A DNA stretch of 62,893 bases from Laspinema olomoucense D3a (GTDB lineage: Bacteria > Cyanobacteriota > Cyanobacteriia > Cyanobacteriales > Laspinemataceae), in NCBI RefSeq assembly GCF_025370815.1, contig NZ_JAMXFB010000041.1. One strand, 5' to 3'. Positions 48,098 to 58,744 of this stretch are shown in pieces (within the stretch, counting starts at the first letter, position 1; each line of letters starts with the position of its first letter). The position numbers and the translations under genes are program-made. The notes under the pieces are model-generated. The model made no database searches. It was not told where the DNA came from and saw only the letters and a list, made by a program, of their open reading frames with translations.

Positions 48098-50200
48098 ATG
48101 TTGCTATTTAAACCCGAAGATTGTTTAATTTTAGTCGTAGATGACGTCCGACAAAATCTCCAAGTCATTGGAGAAATATTAGAAATAGCAGGCTATGAAA
48201 CCACCTTTGCGGCTAGTGGTCAACAAGCTTTATCTCGGGTAGAAACAGCCCAGCCGGATCTAATCCTTCTGGATTTAATGATGCCGGAAATGAGCGGGCT
48301 AGAAGTCTGTAAAATTTTAAAGGACGATCCCAGATTCAGCGAAATACCCATTATTTTCTTAACCGCTAGTAATGATGTTGGAAATTTATTGCAAGCGTTT
48401 AAATATGGGGCTAATGATTATATTACTAAACCGTTTCACTCCGAGGAAATATTGGCCAGAGTTGAAGCCCAGTTAACCAATAAAAAGCTCAAGAAAAAGC
48501 TAGAAGAAAAAAATCAGGAACTTGAGACAGAAATCGGGGTGCGGCGACGCACGGAAGAAGCCCTGCAACAGGCTATAGAGTTAGCAAATGCGGCCAATCG
48601 AGCGAAAAGTAGCTTTTTGGCTAACATGAGCCATGAGTTGCGGACTCCTCTGAATGCGATTCTGGGGTTCACCCAGTTGATGACCCATAGTTCTAACCTA
48701 ACTCTCGAACAACAAAATAATTTAGGCATCATTCATCGCAGTGGTGAACATCTCCTCAATTTAATTAATGACATTTTAGATTTATCTAAAATTGAAGCGG
48801 ATCAAATTGGGATTAATGCGACGGAATTTATCTTAAAAGATATGTTAATCGAACTCGAAGAAATGTTTCGCCTCAAACTGCGAGAAAAAGGGTTGAAGCT
48901 GGACATTATCCTAGAAAATCGGGTCCCCGTCGCCATTGAGAGCGATCGCCTCAAACTGCGGCAAATTTTAATCAACCTTTTGAGCAATGCCATTAAATTC
49001 ACCCCATCGGGAGGAGTTAAACTGCGCGTGAATGCCATCAGGGACCCGGAAAAAACCTTTTTAAGTTTTGAAATAACCGATACCGGCAGAGGGATTAGTC
49101 CCGAGGAGCTCAGCAAGCTATTCCAGCCTTTCGTACAGACTGAAACCGGCATGGCAGCGGCAGAAGGGACGGGACTTGGGTTAGTGATCTGCCGTAAATA
49201 TGTGCGTCTTTTAGGGGGCGAAATTACGGTGAGTTCTGAACCCAATGTGGGTACAACTTTTAAATTTCAAATTGCCATTAAGCCTGTGGGATCAACCGAC
49301 TACTGTGGAGGGCAAACCTCGACCCCACGAGTTGTGGCGATCGCCCCCAACCAACCCCCCTATCGGATTTTGGTGGCTGATGACGAAGCCACTAATCGGC
49401 AACTACTCACCACCATGCTCTCAGGGGTAGGATTTGAGGTTAGAGAAGCCATAAATGGTCAAGAAGCCCTGGAAATTTCCCGCAGTTTTGAACCCCATTT
49501 AATCTGGATGGATGTGCGAATGCCTGTTCTGGATGGATGCGAAGCCACCCAACAAATTAAAGCCACTTGTACAGGGTTACCCCCCACCATTATCGCGGTG
49601 ACGGCCAGTGTTTTTGAGGAAGAGAAAGGGGCTATTTTATCCGCTGGATACGATGATTTTCTGCTTAAACCCATTCAAGAATCCCTAGTTTTTGAAAAGA
49701 TGTCTAAGCACTTGGGTGTTTCCTACATTTACGAAGAAATGACCTCTATTTTAAGTGACCAGGTGCGCTCAAGGGAAAACCAATGGAAAAATTTAAAAAA
49801 TTTATCTACTTCCCTGATTTGTGATCTGGAATACGCGACTTTAGCCCTTGATGATGAACGACTCAATCGCCTGGTTTCAGCAATTCCCTCCGAATGTGGC
49901 GAACTGGAACAAATTATTCGAGAATGCCTGGAAAATTTTGATTATTATACTATTTTAGAAGCCATTAAAACAGCTAAAAAGGAACGGTTTGCTCACTCCC
50001 ATCTCACGGGTGAATGGATTGTGCAGATGACTCAGGCTATCTACAGTGCTGATGCCAGGGAGATTAAATATTTAATTGATCAACTCGAACCCGAAAACCG
50101 GGAAGTAGCGGAACAGTTAGAATATTATTTATCGAATTTAGATTATCAAAATATCCTGCGGGCGATCGCGGATCTTGAAGAAACCCCACCTCTAGCTTAA
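48098..50200 (+). CDS. Hybrid response regulator / histidine kinase: REC - coiled coil - HisKA - HATPase_c - REC - C-terminal helical domain
   Basis: N-terminal REC (ILVVDDV...DLILLDLMMPEMSG...K). H-box SFLANMSHELRTPLNAILGF. G-box GTGLGLVI. Second REC (ILVADDEATN...HLIWMDVRMPVLDG). Confidence 0.85.
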   Translation: MLLFKPEDCLILVVDDVRQNLQVIGEILEIAGYETTFAASGQQALSRVETAQPDLILLDLMMPEMSGLEVCKILKDDPRFSEIPIIFLTASNDVGNLLQAFKYGANDYITKPFHSEEILARVEAQLTNKKLKKKLEEKNQELETEIGVRRRTEEALQQAIELANAANRAKSSFLANMSHELRTPLNAILGFTQLMTHSSNLTLEQQNNLGIIHRSGEHLLNLINDILDLSKIEADQIGINATEFILKDMLIELEEMFRLKLREKGLKLDIILENRVPVAIESDRLKLRQILINLLSNAIKFTPSGGVKLRVNAIRDPEKTFLSFEITDTGRGISPEELSKLFQPFVQTETGMAAAEGTGLGLVICRKYVRLLGGEITVSSEPNVGTTFKFQIAIKPVGSTDYCGGQTSTPRVVAIAPNQPPYRILVADDEATNRQLLTTMLSGVGFEVREAINGQEALEISRSFEPHLIWMDVRMPVLDGCEATQQIKATCTGLPPTIIAVTASVFEEEKGAILSAGYDDFLLKPIQESLVFEKMSKHLGVSYIYEEMTSILSDQVRSRENQWKNLKNLSTSLICDLEYATLALDDERLNRLVSAIPSECGELEQIIRECLENFDYYTILEAIKTAKKERFAHSHLTGEWIVQMTQAIYSADAREIKYLIDQLEPENREVAEQLEYYLSNLDYQNILRAIADLEETPPLA

Positions 50201-50210
50201 TTCCTATCAT

Positions 50211-50225
50211 GATGCTTCCAGCATC
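50211..50225 (+). terminator. Short hairpin (gatgct tcc agcatc) followed by a pyrimidine-rich tract, in the convergent gap between the hybrid HK and codA
   Basis: Inverted repeat read from the sequence. Weak (6-bp stem). Confidence 0.2.
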
Positions 50226-50328
50226 CTCTTTCCTCTCCCGTATTCCTTCGTGAATCTGGGAAAAAATTTACTCTTCAAGCACCCACCCCCCAGACTTGAA
50301 CCCTTTCGGGCCTCCTAAGCGGGAAATT

Positions 50329-51621
50329 TTAACAGTTGGATTGCTCTACAACTAAATTCCTTCCCCCCCAGTTCTCTAGTTCCCAGGTGGTGAGTGAAGG
50401 TTGAGTTTGCGCCAGTAATCTGCCTCGTGCTATCACATATCTCACCGGAGGACGACGGCGCAAAACCTCAAATTTATTTTCTGCTTCCCAAATGATTAAA
50501 TTAGCCGCTTTGCCAATCTCTATACCATAATCCTGTTCAATTTGGAGCGTTTTTGCGCCGTGAGTTGTCACCATATCATAACAGGCATTGATTTCATCCA
50601 ACCCAGTCATCTGACAAACATGAAGCGCCATATAAGCCACATCGAGCATATTTCCAGTTCCCAAACTGTACCAGGGGTCCTGAATACAATCCTGTCCTAA
50701 AGAGACATTTAAACCGTTTTCCCATAACTCTTTGACTCGGGTGATACCGCGCCGTTTAGGATAGGTATCGGTGCGTCCTTGGAGGGTAATATTAATTAAG
50801 GGATTAGCCACAAAGTTAATCTGCGATCGCCGCAAAAATCCCATCAATTTATGGGCATAAGCATTATTATAAGACCCAAAAGCCGTCGTATGAGAGGCAG
50901 TAACTCGCTCACCCAGACCACTGCGAATCGCACAAGCGGCCACCACTTCCAGAAAGCGCGATTGGTCATCATCGATTTCATCGCAGTGAATATCAATCAA
51001 GCGGTCATATTGTTCCGCCAGTTCAAAGATGCGATGAACCGATCGCACCCCATCCTCCCGGGTCAATTCATAGTGGGGAATCCCACCCACCACATCCGCA
51101 CCCTGTTTTAATGCTTCTTCCAGCAATTCTTCGGTCTGGACCGCTCCATAAATGCCATCTTGGGGGAACGCCACCACTTGCAACGTGAGAAAATCTTGGA
51201 AATCTTCTCTCACTTCTAACATAGCTTGTAACGCTGTGAGGTCCGGGGTACTCACATCCACATGGGTGCGGACGAATAACACCCCCTGGGATGCCAATTG
51301 TTTCAAGGTTGCGATCGCCCGTTGCTTGACATCCTCCCGGGTCAATTTGGGCTTGCGTTCCCCCCAAATTTGAATCCCCTCAAATAACGTGCCGCTTTGA
51401 TTGAACCGGGGTTCTCCGGCAGTTAAGGCGGAATCTAAATGAATGTGAGATTCCACCAAGGGGGGACTCACTAAGTTGCCCTGAACATTCAGTTCCCGAG
51501 GAGCCTCCCCGGACAGGTGGGGGGCGATCGCCGCGACTCTCCCCTGTTCCACCTGAATATCTACCCGTTCCCCCGTCAGTAAGCGACAGTCCCGCAAGAT
51601 TAAGCGATCGCCCTCTACCAT
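50329..51621 (-). CDS. codA: Cytosine deaminase (amidohydrolase superfamily)
   Basis: Long colinear identity to E. coli CodA as recalled: HIHLDSALTAG, NQSGTLFEGI, VRTHVDVS, TLQVVAFPQDGI, IDIHCDEIDDDQSRF, VTASHTTA, TYPKRRGITRVKEL. Confidence 0.85.
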   Translation of the reverse strand: MVEGDRLILRDCRLLTGERVDIQVEQGRVAAIAPHLSGEAPRELNVQGNLVSPPLVESHIHLDSALTAGEPRFNQSGTLFEGIQIWGERKPKLTREDVKQRAIATLKQLASQGVLFVRTHVDVSTPDLTALQAMLEVREDFQDFLTLQVVAFPQDGIYGAVQTEELLEEALKQGADVVGGIPHYELTREDGVRSVHRIFELAEQYDRLIDIHCDEIDDDQSRFLEVVAACAIRSGLGERVTASHTTAFGSYNNAYAHKLMGFLRRSQINFVANPLINITLQGRTDTYPKRRGITRVKELWENGLNVSLGQDCIQDPWYSLGTGNMLDVAYMALHVCQMTGLDEINACYDMVTTHGAKTLQIEQDYGIEIGKAANLIIWEAENKFEVLRRRPPVRYVIARGRLLAQTQPSLTTWELENWGGRNLVVEQSNC

Positions 51622-51722
51622 GTTTTATCCCTGGATTGGCTAATTTTTCTCTAATGATGCGTTAACTCTGGTGAGCCTTCTCCCGCCGACAAATTGGTGC
51701 TCGATTGATTAATGCTTGAGGA

Positions 51723-52721
51723 TTAATCATACCAATCTTGCCGAACCATCGGTTCAGTAATTAATACTAATAAGCCTAAAATGACAATCACTAAAGCAAA
51801 GATTTGTTTGAGATCCAAGAAATCCTGAATCAGGATGGAGCCAAATAGAACAAATAACGCCGGGACACTGGCGATCGCCGTCGCTCCCCGAGTCACCCCA
51901 GCGAGTAAAATTCCATAAGCGGTGAACGCATAACCCACCAAGGCTAAAATCCCTAAGATGAGACTCCCCACCATCAGACGGGGTAACTCCCACAGTGGCA
52001 TCGAGATCGCGATACCCGGTAACGGGAGGATTAAACTCAGGGAAGCGAATCCCAGCAGGGTTCCCAACGCGATCGCACTAAAGGGGAGTGGATGAAGCGA
52101 TCGCGTCCCTCGATAAGTCAACAGCAAATAACTGGAAAAAGCAATCCCCCCAACAATTGCCGCCAAAATTCCCAAGAACCCTTGGATCGCCGTAGCGGCA
52201 AAAATAGCCGGAACTTTTAAGGCGAATAAACTGCCAATCGTGACAATTGTCATCGCCGTAATCCGGGTTTGATGGGGACGATATCCCCAAAATTTCCAAG
52301 CCCCGAGGGTTGTTAAAATGGGGTAAATCAAGAAAAATCCCACCACTACCCCAGGGGGAATTAGCCAACAGCCGATTGCGATCGCCTCCCACGCCACAAA
52401 CAGGGAAAATCCACTCAGCATGGCAATCTTTAATACCTTGGGATTTTCTCCCGCGAATATCTTCTTGATATCTTCTCCCATTTGGGGATAATAAAATTTT
52501 GCCAGCATCGGGATACCCGCTACGCAGACAAGGGCCTGTATCCAGAAAATTAACTGCCAATTCCCCGGAGTTTGGGGAAGCAATCCGCCCCATTTAATCG
52601 CCCCCAAGATGAATTTTTCCTGAAACATCATCCCGACGAAAAGGGGAAACAAAGCTAACTGCACCGCAGCCAGCATCAGCAACCATAAACCGGACTGAAT
52701 ATAAGATAATCGCATAGTCAA
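51723..52721 (-). CDS. Polytopic membrane protein (~10 TM), possibly DMT/EamA-type transporter
   Basis: Ten evenly spaced hydrophobic helices over 332 aa. No catalytic motif. Family assignment by topology only. Confidence 0.4.
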   Translation of the reverse strand: MTMRLSYIQSGLWLLMLAAVQLALFPLFVGMMFQEKFILGAIKWGGLLPQTPGNWQLIFWIQALVCVAGIPMLAKFYYPQMGEDIKKIFAGENPKVLKIAMLSGFSLFVAWEAIAIGCWLIPPGVVVGFFLIYPILTTLGAWKFWGYRPHQTRITAMTIVTIGSLFALKVPAIFAATAIQGFLGILAAIVGGIAFSSYLLLTYRGTRSLHPLPFSAIALGTLLGFASLSLILPLPGIAISMPLWELPRLMVGSLILGILALVGYAFTAYGILLAGVTRGATAIASVPALFVLFGSILIQDFLDLKQIFALVIVILGLLVLITEPMVRQDWYD

Positions 52722-53066
52722 TTGGCACGATTTGAGTAATTTTTAGGACTTAAATCCGGGAGATTTAGCCAGGGTTAGCGCGGGTGATCACCTCGGTTTA
52801 ACGATTAAATTAAACAACCCTAAATTTGCGTTGGGGAGCGGCGTTCCGGTAAAGATCAGAAAACGGGTTTGTTGATAAGATACGGCCAATTCCCAATCCA
52901 TCAGGGGGATGAAACCCGGTTTATTGTCCTTTGGAGCAAAAATTGTACCGGCCCTCTCGCCCTCATTTCTTGCACCGGCTTAGAGATGTTGGAAAGCAAC
53001 CTCGTTTCTTCTCCCCTTGATGTACTTGATGTAATTTGGTCCCAATAACCTAGTCCCCTGACGCGT

Positions 53067-53501
53067 TTATTCTAAGCCTTGACGCCCGACTTGGACGCCA
53101 CTGCTGCCCTGAAGAAGCGCACCTGTAAAGTCGGTGCCCTTGATATTAGCGCTAACTAAAATCGCATCTTGCAAATTCGCCCCGCTGAGATTGGCATAAC
53201 TGAGATTACTACTAAACAAATTCGTTTCAATCAAAATGGCATTTTGAAGATCAGCGGCGGTTAAATTGGCAGCCATAAGATTGGCTTTGCTAAGAATAGC
53301 ATTTCGCAAATTTGCACCCATTAAATCCGCTCCCCGTAAATCTAACCCGGTGAGATCGAACCCACTGAGGTCACAATTTCGACATTCATTACCCCTTTGT
53401 AACTGCAAGAGATGCTCTGGATTAGCACTAAAGGCAATAGGAGGGAATATCCCCAGTTGAATCAATCCGACTGCTGTTGCTACTGTGATTTTTTTTAACA
53501 T
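53067..53501 (-). CDS. Small secreted pentapeptide-repeat protein
   Basis: Signal peptide, then ADLxGANL pentapeptide repeats. Confidence 0.8.
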   Translation of the reverse strand: MLKKITVATAVGLIQLGIFPPIAFSANPEHLLQLQRGNECRNCDLSGFDLTGLDLRGADLMGANLRNAILSKANLMAANLTAADLQNAILIETNLFSSNLSYANLSGANLQDAILVSANIKGTDFTGALLQGSSGVQVGRQGLE

Positions 53502-53543
53502 TGCTGCACCCTGAATAGGAGGAAAACGAACTGATTTTTCCCT

Positions 53544-55292
53544 CTAAATTAAATCGGTTTCATTAGGAAAAACCGGCTCTTGTGCGAGTTTTTCATGGAG
53601 GCGGTTCCGCTTTTCGATCGCCTCGGTACAGGCGGGGTCAACTTCGAGGGCCACACCGTAGGATCGCGCTGCTTCGGGATAGCGGTGCAATTTCTCCAAG
53701 CATTCTCCGCGTCGCAGCCAAGCCGGAGAATGGGTGGGTTTCATTTGGATCACCGTATCATAAGCGCCGATCGCCTGGAGATATTGACCAATTTTACTCA
53801 GAACCCGCCCTCGTTTCATCCAGGGTTCATAATGGTTAGGCCAGATGGCGATCGCCTGGTCATAAGCCACAATTGCATCAATATACCGTTGCGCTAACGA
53901 GAGTAAATCCCCCCGTTTCATCCAGGCTTGAGCATCGTTGGGTTTAACTTCCAGCACTTTCGCAAAAGCATCGAGAGCTTCTGGATAGCGTTCCAGTTTT
54001 TCCAGCACTTCGGACCGCTTCACCCAGGACCGATAAAGAAACATCGGTTCTTGGGTAACTTGTACAACTTTTTCATAAGCGGTCAGGGCTTCTTCATATT
54101 TTTGAAGTTGCTCTAAAGCCAGACCTCTGTGATACCAAGCTTCGGGAAAATTCGGCTGAATTTGAATGGCATTGCTCAGGGCTTGAATCGCATCTTTATA
54201 GCGGCCTAGCCCGTACAAAGCCATACCGCGACCTAACCAAGCGGTGGATAAATTAGGATTAATTTTAGTAGCTTGGTCAAAGGAGCTTAAGGCGACTTCA
54301 TACTGACCTGCATCGGAGAGGGCAATGCCGCGATTCATCCAAGCTTCGGGCCAGTTGGGATGTAATTCAATGGCTTTATCAAAACAGCCGATCGCCGCTT
54401 CTACCCATTGATGTTTGAGGGCGCGGCCTTTATAAAACCAAACTAAGGGATTGCTGGGGGCGAATTGAATCACCCGATCAAAGGAGGCGACAGCATCGGT
54501 ATAGCGTTGCAACTTTTCTAAAGTGACCCCGCGATTAAACCAGGATGCGGCATTTTCCGGGACCAGTTGTAGGGTGCGATCGTAAGCGGTGACGGCTTCG
54601 GCGTAGCGTTGCAGGAGGTCGAGGGCTACCCCTTGATTGAACCAAGCCGCTGGGTTTTGGGGGTCCAGGGTGACGGCTTGTTCCAAGGATGTTAAGGCAA
54701 GTTCTGGGCGATCGAGGGCTAGGAAGGTAAGAGCTCGGTAATACCATCCGCTAGAGAGTTTGGGTTTGAGTTTGATAACTTTATTAAAGGCAGTAACGGC
54801 GGCTTTGTATTGTTGGAGTTCTAAAAGCGATCGCCCCCGGAAATACCAGGCTTCATATTGATTGCTATTAATTTGAATGCTTTGATCAAAGGATGCCAAG
54901 GCTTCCTGATATCGGTTTAAGTGAAATAAACACCGTCCCCTGAAGGTCCAGCCCCAATAGTCATCGGGGTTGACTTGAATCGCCCCATCATAACCGGCGA
55001 TCGCCTCTTCATAGCGATGTAAATTCATCAGGGCCGTGCCGCGTTTCAGTAATGCCCGATGCATAGTGGGCTTTTTTTGAATCGCTTTGTCATAAAACGC
55101 CACTGCCCCGGCATAATTTTTTTGTTCATACAGACGGTTCCCTCTTTCAAAGTCAGAACCCGCCCCCAGTAAGTGGTTGACCCAGGACCACACCGGGGCA
55201 ATCGGTCTCGCCGGAGGTGAATTTTCCGGGGGCGATGGAGGTGGGGTTAACCCTTGTGGGGGTTGCAATTCGTCAAATTGGGTCATAATCAA
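53544..55292 (-). CDS. TPR-repeat protein (about 14 TPR units)
   Basis: Repeating W-x2-G-x-A-L-x4-Y-x-E-A-x5-A 34-residue units throughout. Confidence 0.85.
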   Translation of the reverse strand: MIMTQFDELQPPQGLTPPPSPPENSPPARPIAPVWSWVNHLLGAGSDFERGNRLYEQKNYAGAVAFYDKAIQKKPTMHRALLKRGTALMNLHRYEEAIAGYDGAIQVNPDDYWGWTFRGRCLFHLNRYQEALASFDQSIQINSNQYEAWYFRGRSLLELQQYKAAVTAFNKVIKLKPKLSSGWYYRALTFLALDRPELALTSLEQAVTLDPQNPAAWFNQGVALDLLQRYAEAVTAYDRTLQLVPENAASWFNRGVTLEKLQRYTDAVASFDRVIQFAPSNPLVWFYKGRALKHQWVEAAIGCFDKAIELHPNWPEAWMNRGIALSDAGQYEVALSSFDQATKINPNLSTAWLGRGMALYGLGRYKDAIQALSNAIQIQPNFPEAWYHRGLALEQLQKYEEALTAYEKVVQVTQEPMFLYRSWVKRSEVLEKLERYPEALDAFAKVLEVKPNDAQAWMKRGDLLSLAQRYIDAIVAYDQAIAIWPNHYEPWMKRGRVLSKIGQYLQAIGAYDTVIQMKPTHSPAWLRRGECLEKLHRYPEAARSYGVALEVDPACTEAIEKRNRLHEKLAQEPVFPNETDLI

Positions 55293-55687
55293 CGAGGGCT
55301 AGGTTCTAAAAACAGGACAGGCGATGGGCGATCGCTCACAGACGGATCTAGATATTTTTTCCCGGCGATCGGCGATTAATCCAGGGTGATGAGCTTGAAC
55401 GACTGACCAAAGCTTAACCGACTGCTGATCTCTACTTAATTTTGACATATAAAGAACCCTTCCTCTGCTTTAGGATTCCCGTTCAGTAGCCGGAAGAAAA
55501 ACCGGATTTGGTATTACTCATTTTTAGGGTCTTCCCGTTACGGTACCGATGCTCTACTTCCCATCGTTCGCCCTGTAAAAGCCCATAAAAAAATACCCCC
55601 CCGATGGGAGATATGGAGATCCGTTAAGTTTTTGAGAATTTATACCTAGCCTCTAGCGGACAAGGCTAGGTATGGAATCACTTTCCC

Positions 55688-56011
55688 TTAATGGGCGAGA
55701 ACAGGGATGCTCTTGAGTTCAGCAGTCAAACGGCTCAACATGGACCGCTGGCGTTTTGCCCCTTGAACTTGCCGATCCATCATCAGACGGCGAGCTTGTT
55801 CCGATGCCGAGGTTTTTGCGGACTGCGGTTCACCAGTGGTCAACGCAACTCCCCGATACTTCAGTTCCACGGTTGCTTGTTGAACCGGCGCTTTCTTCTG
55901 ATTGCAAAATTTCCAATCTAACCCGCGATATTTACCGGCGAGTTCGCCTTCGGTAACGTCAACTGCTGCGGGAGTATATTCGTAAGTGGTGCCACGATAT
56001 GAAAGTTTCAT
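55688..56011 (-). CDS. DUF4278-family cyanobacterial protein
   Basis: MKLSYRGTTYEYTP ... ELKYRGVALT duplicated Y-R-G motif typical of DUF4278. Confidence 0.55.
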   Translation of the reverse strand: MKLSYRGTTYEYTPAAVDVTEGELAGKYRGLDWKFCNQKKAPVQQATVELKYRGVALTTGEPQSAKTSASEQARRLMMDRQVQGAKRQRSMLSRLTAELKSIPVLAH

Positions 56012-56387
56012 GTTTTTCGCCTCCTAAATAGAGTCTTGTTTGTAGGTTGAGGCGCGTTCCTTCGGGAGTGACTCCCTACTTCCGTCCCTTGCCAGTTTCA
56101 TGCCGTTCAGAGATGAACTGGCTTGTTGTGAGGGATGAACGATTTACTTTCTGTATTCATTGTTACCGTTTGAAAATCAAATGTCAAGGGTTTTTGGACT
56201 TTTTTTGACAAAATACCTCTTAAGGTATAGGTTAAACCCGGCCCAATGAGCCGAAACCGTTACTGGGTGGGAATTAGGGAGGTTTGGGAGAGCCTTTACC
56301 TGCCCCGGTTATTTTTTCAGAGACTCCACCCCCCACGAAACCCTCCCGACTACAACCGGGTCATCTCCCTTCATCGGGGCATGGGAG

Positions 56388-57224
56388 TTGCAGGGCAAGC
56401 CCCTGTTTCGGCTAATCTCAAGCCTTTACATAACTCAACTGAGGAGAAACCTGATCGTGACTTATCGAAATACAGCCCGTTATCTGTGGAGTGTTCTAGT
56501 GGTGTTGGCCGGGGCTGCATCCCTCACCAGCGGGGCGATCGCACAGCCTGTTATTCAGGAAGTAGAATCCCATCAAACCGCATTTTTCTGGAGGCGACAG
56601 TCCGCCCCCGATCGCCTCGAAGGAGTCTGGGGGATTACGGAGGGTAAAACTCCCAGGGGACAAGCTTACACCGGCAGCCTCGATATTACCGCGATCGGGA
56701 ATACGGACAACCTCTATCAAGTCTCTTGGGAAACCTCCGAAGGCAATTATTCCGGGTTGGGGTTCTATGAAGAGGGGCGGTTGCTGGTAGGGGCCGGACT
56801 GGATGAGGAGATTTATGGCGTGGCCCTGTATAGAATTCAGGACGATGGTACTTTAGATGGGAAATGGACTCTCAGTAGCGCCGAGGGTGAAGTCGGCACA
56901 GAACTAGCTACAGGAGGGCGATCGGGAGAGTTAGCCGGGTCCTATCAAATTAGCAGTACAGACCCTGGAGAAGAGGATTCTGCCTTCAGTGGAGAATTAA
57001 CCATTACCCAATCCCGCGATACCTATCAAGTCACCTGGAACGTCGATGACCAAACCTATCGCGGAATCGGTTTGCGCGTTGATGATTGGCTCGTTGTTGG
57101 CTGGGGGACTAGCTCTAACCTCGCCGTGTTGGATTATGAATTTAAGGGCAACGAAGCGACTGCACGTTGGGCCCGAACCGGCAGTCGGGAACTGGGGATG
57201 GAAAAGATTTCCCTGGAAGATTAG
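56388..57224 (+). CDS. Secreted hypothetical protein; true start probably an internal GTG/ATG just before the signal peptide (RYLWSVLVVLAGAASLTSGAIAQP)
   Basis: Signal-peptide-like segment about 25 codons into the ORF, so the real start is likely near 56455. Gly/Thr/Glu-rich mature part. Confidence 0.45.
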   Translation: MQGKPLFRLISSLYITQLRRNLIVTYRNTARYLWSVLVVLAGAASLTSGAIAQPVIQEVESHQTAFFWRRQSAPDRLEGVWGITEGKTPRGQAYTGSLDITAIGNTDNLYQVSWETSEGNYSGLGFYEEGRLLVGAGLDEEIYGVALYRIQDDGTLDGKWTLSSAEGEVGTELATGGRSGELAGSYQISSTDPGEEDSAFSGELTITQSRDTYQVTWNVDDQTYRGIGLRVDDWLVVGWGTSSNLAVLDYEFKGNEATARWARTGSRELGMEKISLED

Positions 57225-57320
57225 GCGGCCCTCTAAGTCCTGGAGCCATCCCGGGTCTTCTCCAGCCCTCAAAAATTTCCTGATTCTCCCTTTCCTTTGA
57301 GGGGAAGGTTCGGGTCCGAT

Positions 57321-57447
57321 ACTGCATCCGGTTGTGACAGCCCTAACAATACTCTTGAGCCCGCGCAGGCGGGCTTTGTCTGTGTAGACCCACCCTTGAG
57401 GGTGCGGGTTTTTATAGACTTTGAGAACCGAATTCCGTATTATCCTC
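57321..57447 (-). repeat. ~125-bp interspersed repeat element (REP/MITE-like) with internal hairpins (acccgcaccc-N6-gggtgggt; agcccgc-N4-gcgggct); inverted copy of the element at 58745-58872
   Basis: The reverse complement aligns base-for-base with 58745-58872 over about 110 of 125 positions. Confidence 0.7.
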
Positions 57448-57573
57448 CATCCTCCCTGGGTTCGGGAAAGTCGCCTCTGGGCGATCGCCACCCCCAGATC
57501 TCCTCTTTTTGGTAAAAAATACTATAATTAGGAATAACACCCTAAAGAACTGCAAGTTCACCCCCTGAAAATT

Positions 57574-58548
57574 GTGTTTACTGCGACTTTATCACCGCGC
57601 AATTCTGCCCAAACCTCCGCGATTCCAGACGATTTATTTGCAGCCATTGAATCCTTGAAACAGGAACTCAATGCAGTGCTCCTCGCCCACTACTATCAAG
57701 AACCCGACATTCAGGATATTGCTGACTATATCGGTGACTCTCTCGAACTGGCCCGAAAAGCTGCCAATACCAACGCCGATGTCATCGTCTTTGCCGGAGT
57801 TCACTTCATGGCAGAAACGGCTAAAATCCTGAATCCGAATAAACTGGTTTTGCTTCCAGACTTGGATGCCGGTTGTTCCCTGGCCGATAGTTGTCCTCCC
57901 GATGCCTTTGGGGAATTTAAAGCCGCTCATCCGAATCATATTGTCATCTCTTACATTAACTGCTCGGCGGCCATTAAAGCCATGAGCGACATTATCTGCA
58001 CCAGTTCTAATGCAGTCAAACTGGTGCGGCAAATCCCCGAAAATCAGCCGATTATTTTTGCCCCCGATCGCAATTTAGGTCGGTATGTGATGGAGCAAAC
58101 GGGCCGGGATATGGTGTTGTGGCAAGGCAGTTGCATGGTGCATGAAACTTTTTCAGAAAAGAAAATTGTTCAGCTCAAAATTCAACATCCTGAAGCTGAA
58201 ATCATTGCTCATCCCGAATGTGAACCGACGGTGTTGCGCCATGCTAATTATATTGGGTCAACCAGTGCGCTGTTAAACTATGCTCAAAATAGTGCCAGCC
58301 AGGTGTTTATCGTGGCTACGGAACCGGGAATCATTCATCAAATGCAAAAACAGGCGGGAGATAAACAGTTTATTCCCGCGCCACCCCTGAATAGTTGTGC
58401 TTGTAATGAATGCCCTCACATGAGGCTGAATACCTTAGAAAAATTATATTTGGCTATGAAAAATCGCGCCCCGGAGATTACCTTACCGGAGGAAACGCGC
58501 AAGGCAGCATTGCGCCCGATGCAACGAATGCTAGAAATGAGCGCATAA
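57574..58548 (+). CDS. nadA: Quinolinate synthase A
   Basis: N-terminal [29 protein letters not shown], plus three-domain repeat structure and Cys ligand positions typical of NadA. 324 aa. Confidence 0.8.
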   Translation: MFTATLSPRNSAQTSAIPDDLFAAIESLKQELNAVLLAHYYQEPDIQDIADYIGDSLELARKAANTNADVIVFAGVHFMAETAKILNPNKLVLLPDLDAGCSLADSCPPDAFGEFKAAHPNHIVISYINCSAAIKAMSDIICTSSNAVKLVRQIPENQPIIFAPDRNLGRYVMEQTGRDMVLWQGSCMVHETFSEKKIVQLKIQHPEAEIIAHPECEPTVLRHANYIGSTSALLNYAQNSASQVFIVATEPGIIHQMQKQAGDKQFIPAPPLNSCACNECPHMRLNTLEKLYLAMKNRAPEITLPEETRKAALRPMQRMLEMSA

Positions 58549-58682
58549 TCATAGTAAATCCCGCTGTTTCAAGCTCAGGTAGGCGGCGATTGTTTAGATG
58601 AACACCTAACGACAGCAAGTCGTTAGGTCATCCGTATAGCCCTCTTTGGAGGGTGTTGGTTTTTGCTAGTTTCAATCGAAAA

Positions 58683-58713
58683 GGGTAGGGCAATGCCGTA
58701 CCCTTTTTTTATT
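58683..58713 (+). terminator. Rho-independent terminator: gggtagggc-aat-gccgtaccc stem-loop followed by TTTTTTTATTTT
   Basis: 9-bp stem (one mismatch), 3-nt loop, 7-T run. A second hairpin (cctaacgac agcaa gtcgttagg) sits at ~58604-58630. Both are downstream of nadA. Confidence 0.6.
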
Positions 58714-58744
58714 TTGGGAATCAGGCAATGAATGATTGCCTAAC

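Noticed and set aside
56246-56647. 133-aa ORF overlapping the start of the secreted protein gene at 56388-57224
   Set aside because: Different frame, Arg/Pro-rich with no features. The overlapping frame carries a clear signal peptide and a longer ORF, so that one is preferred.
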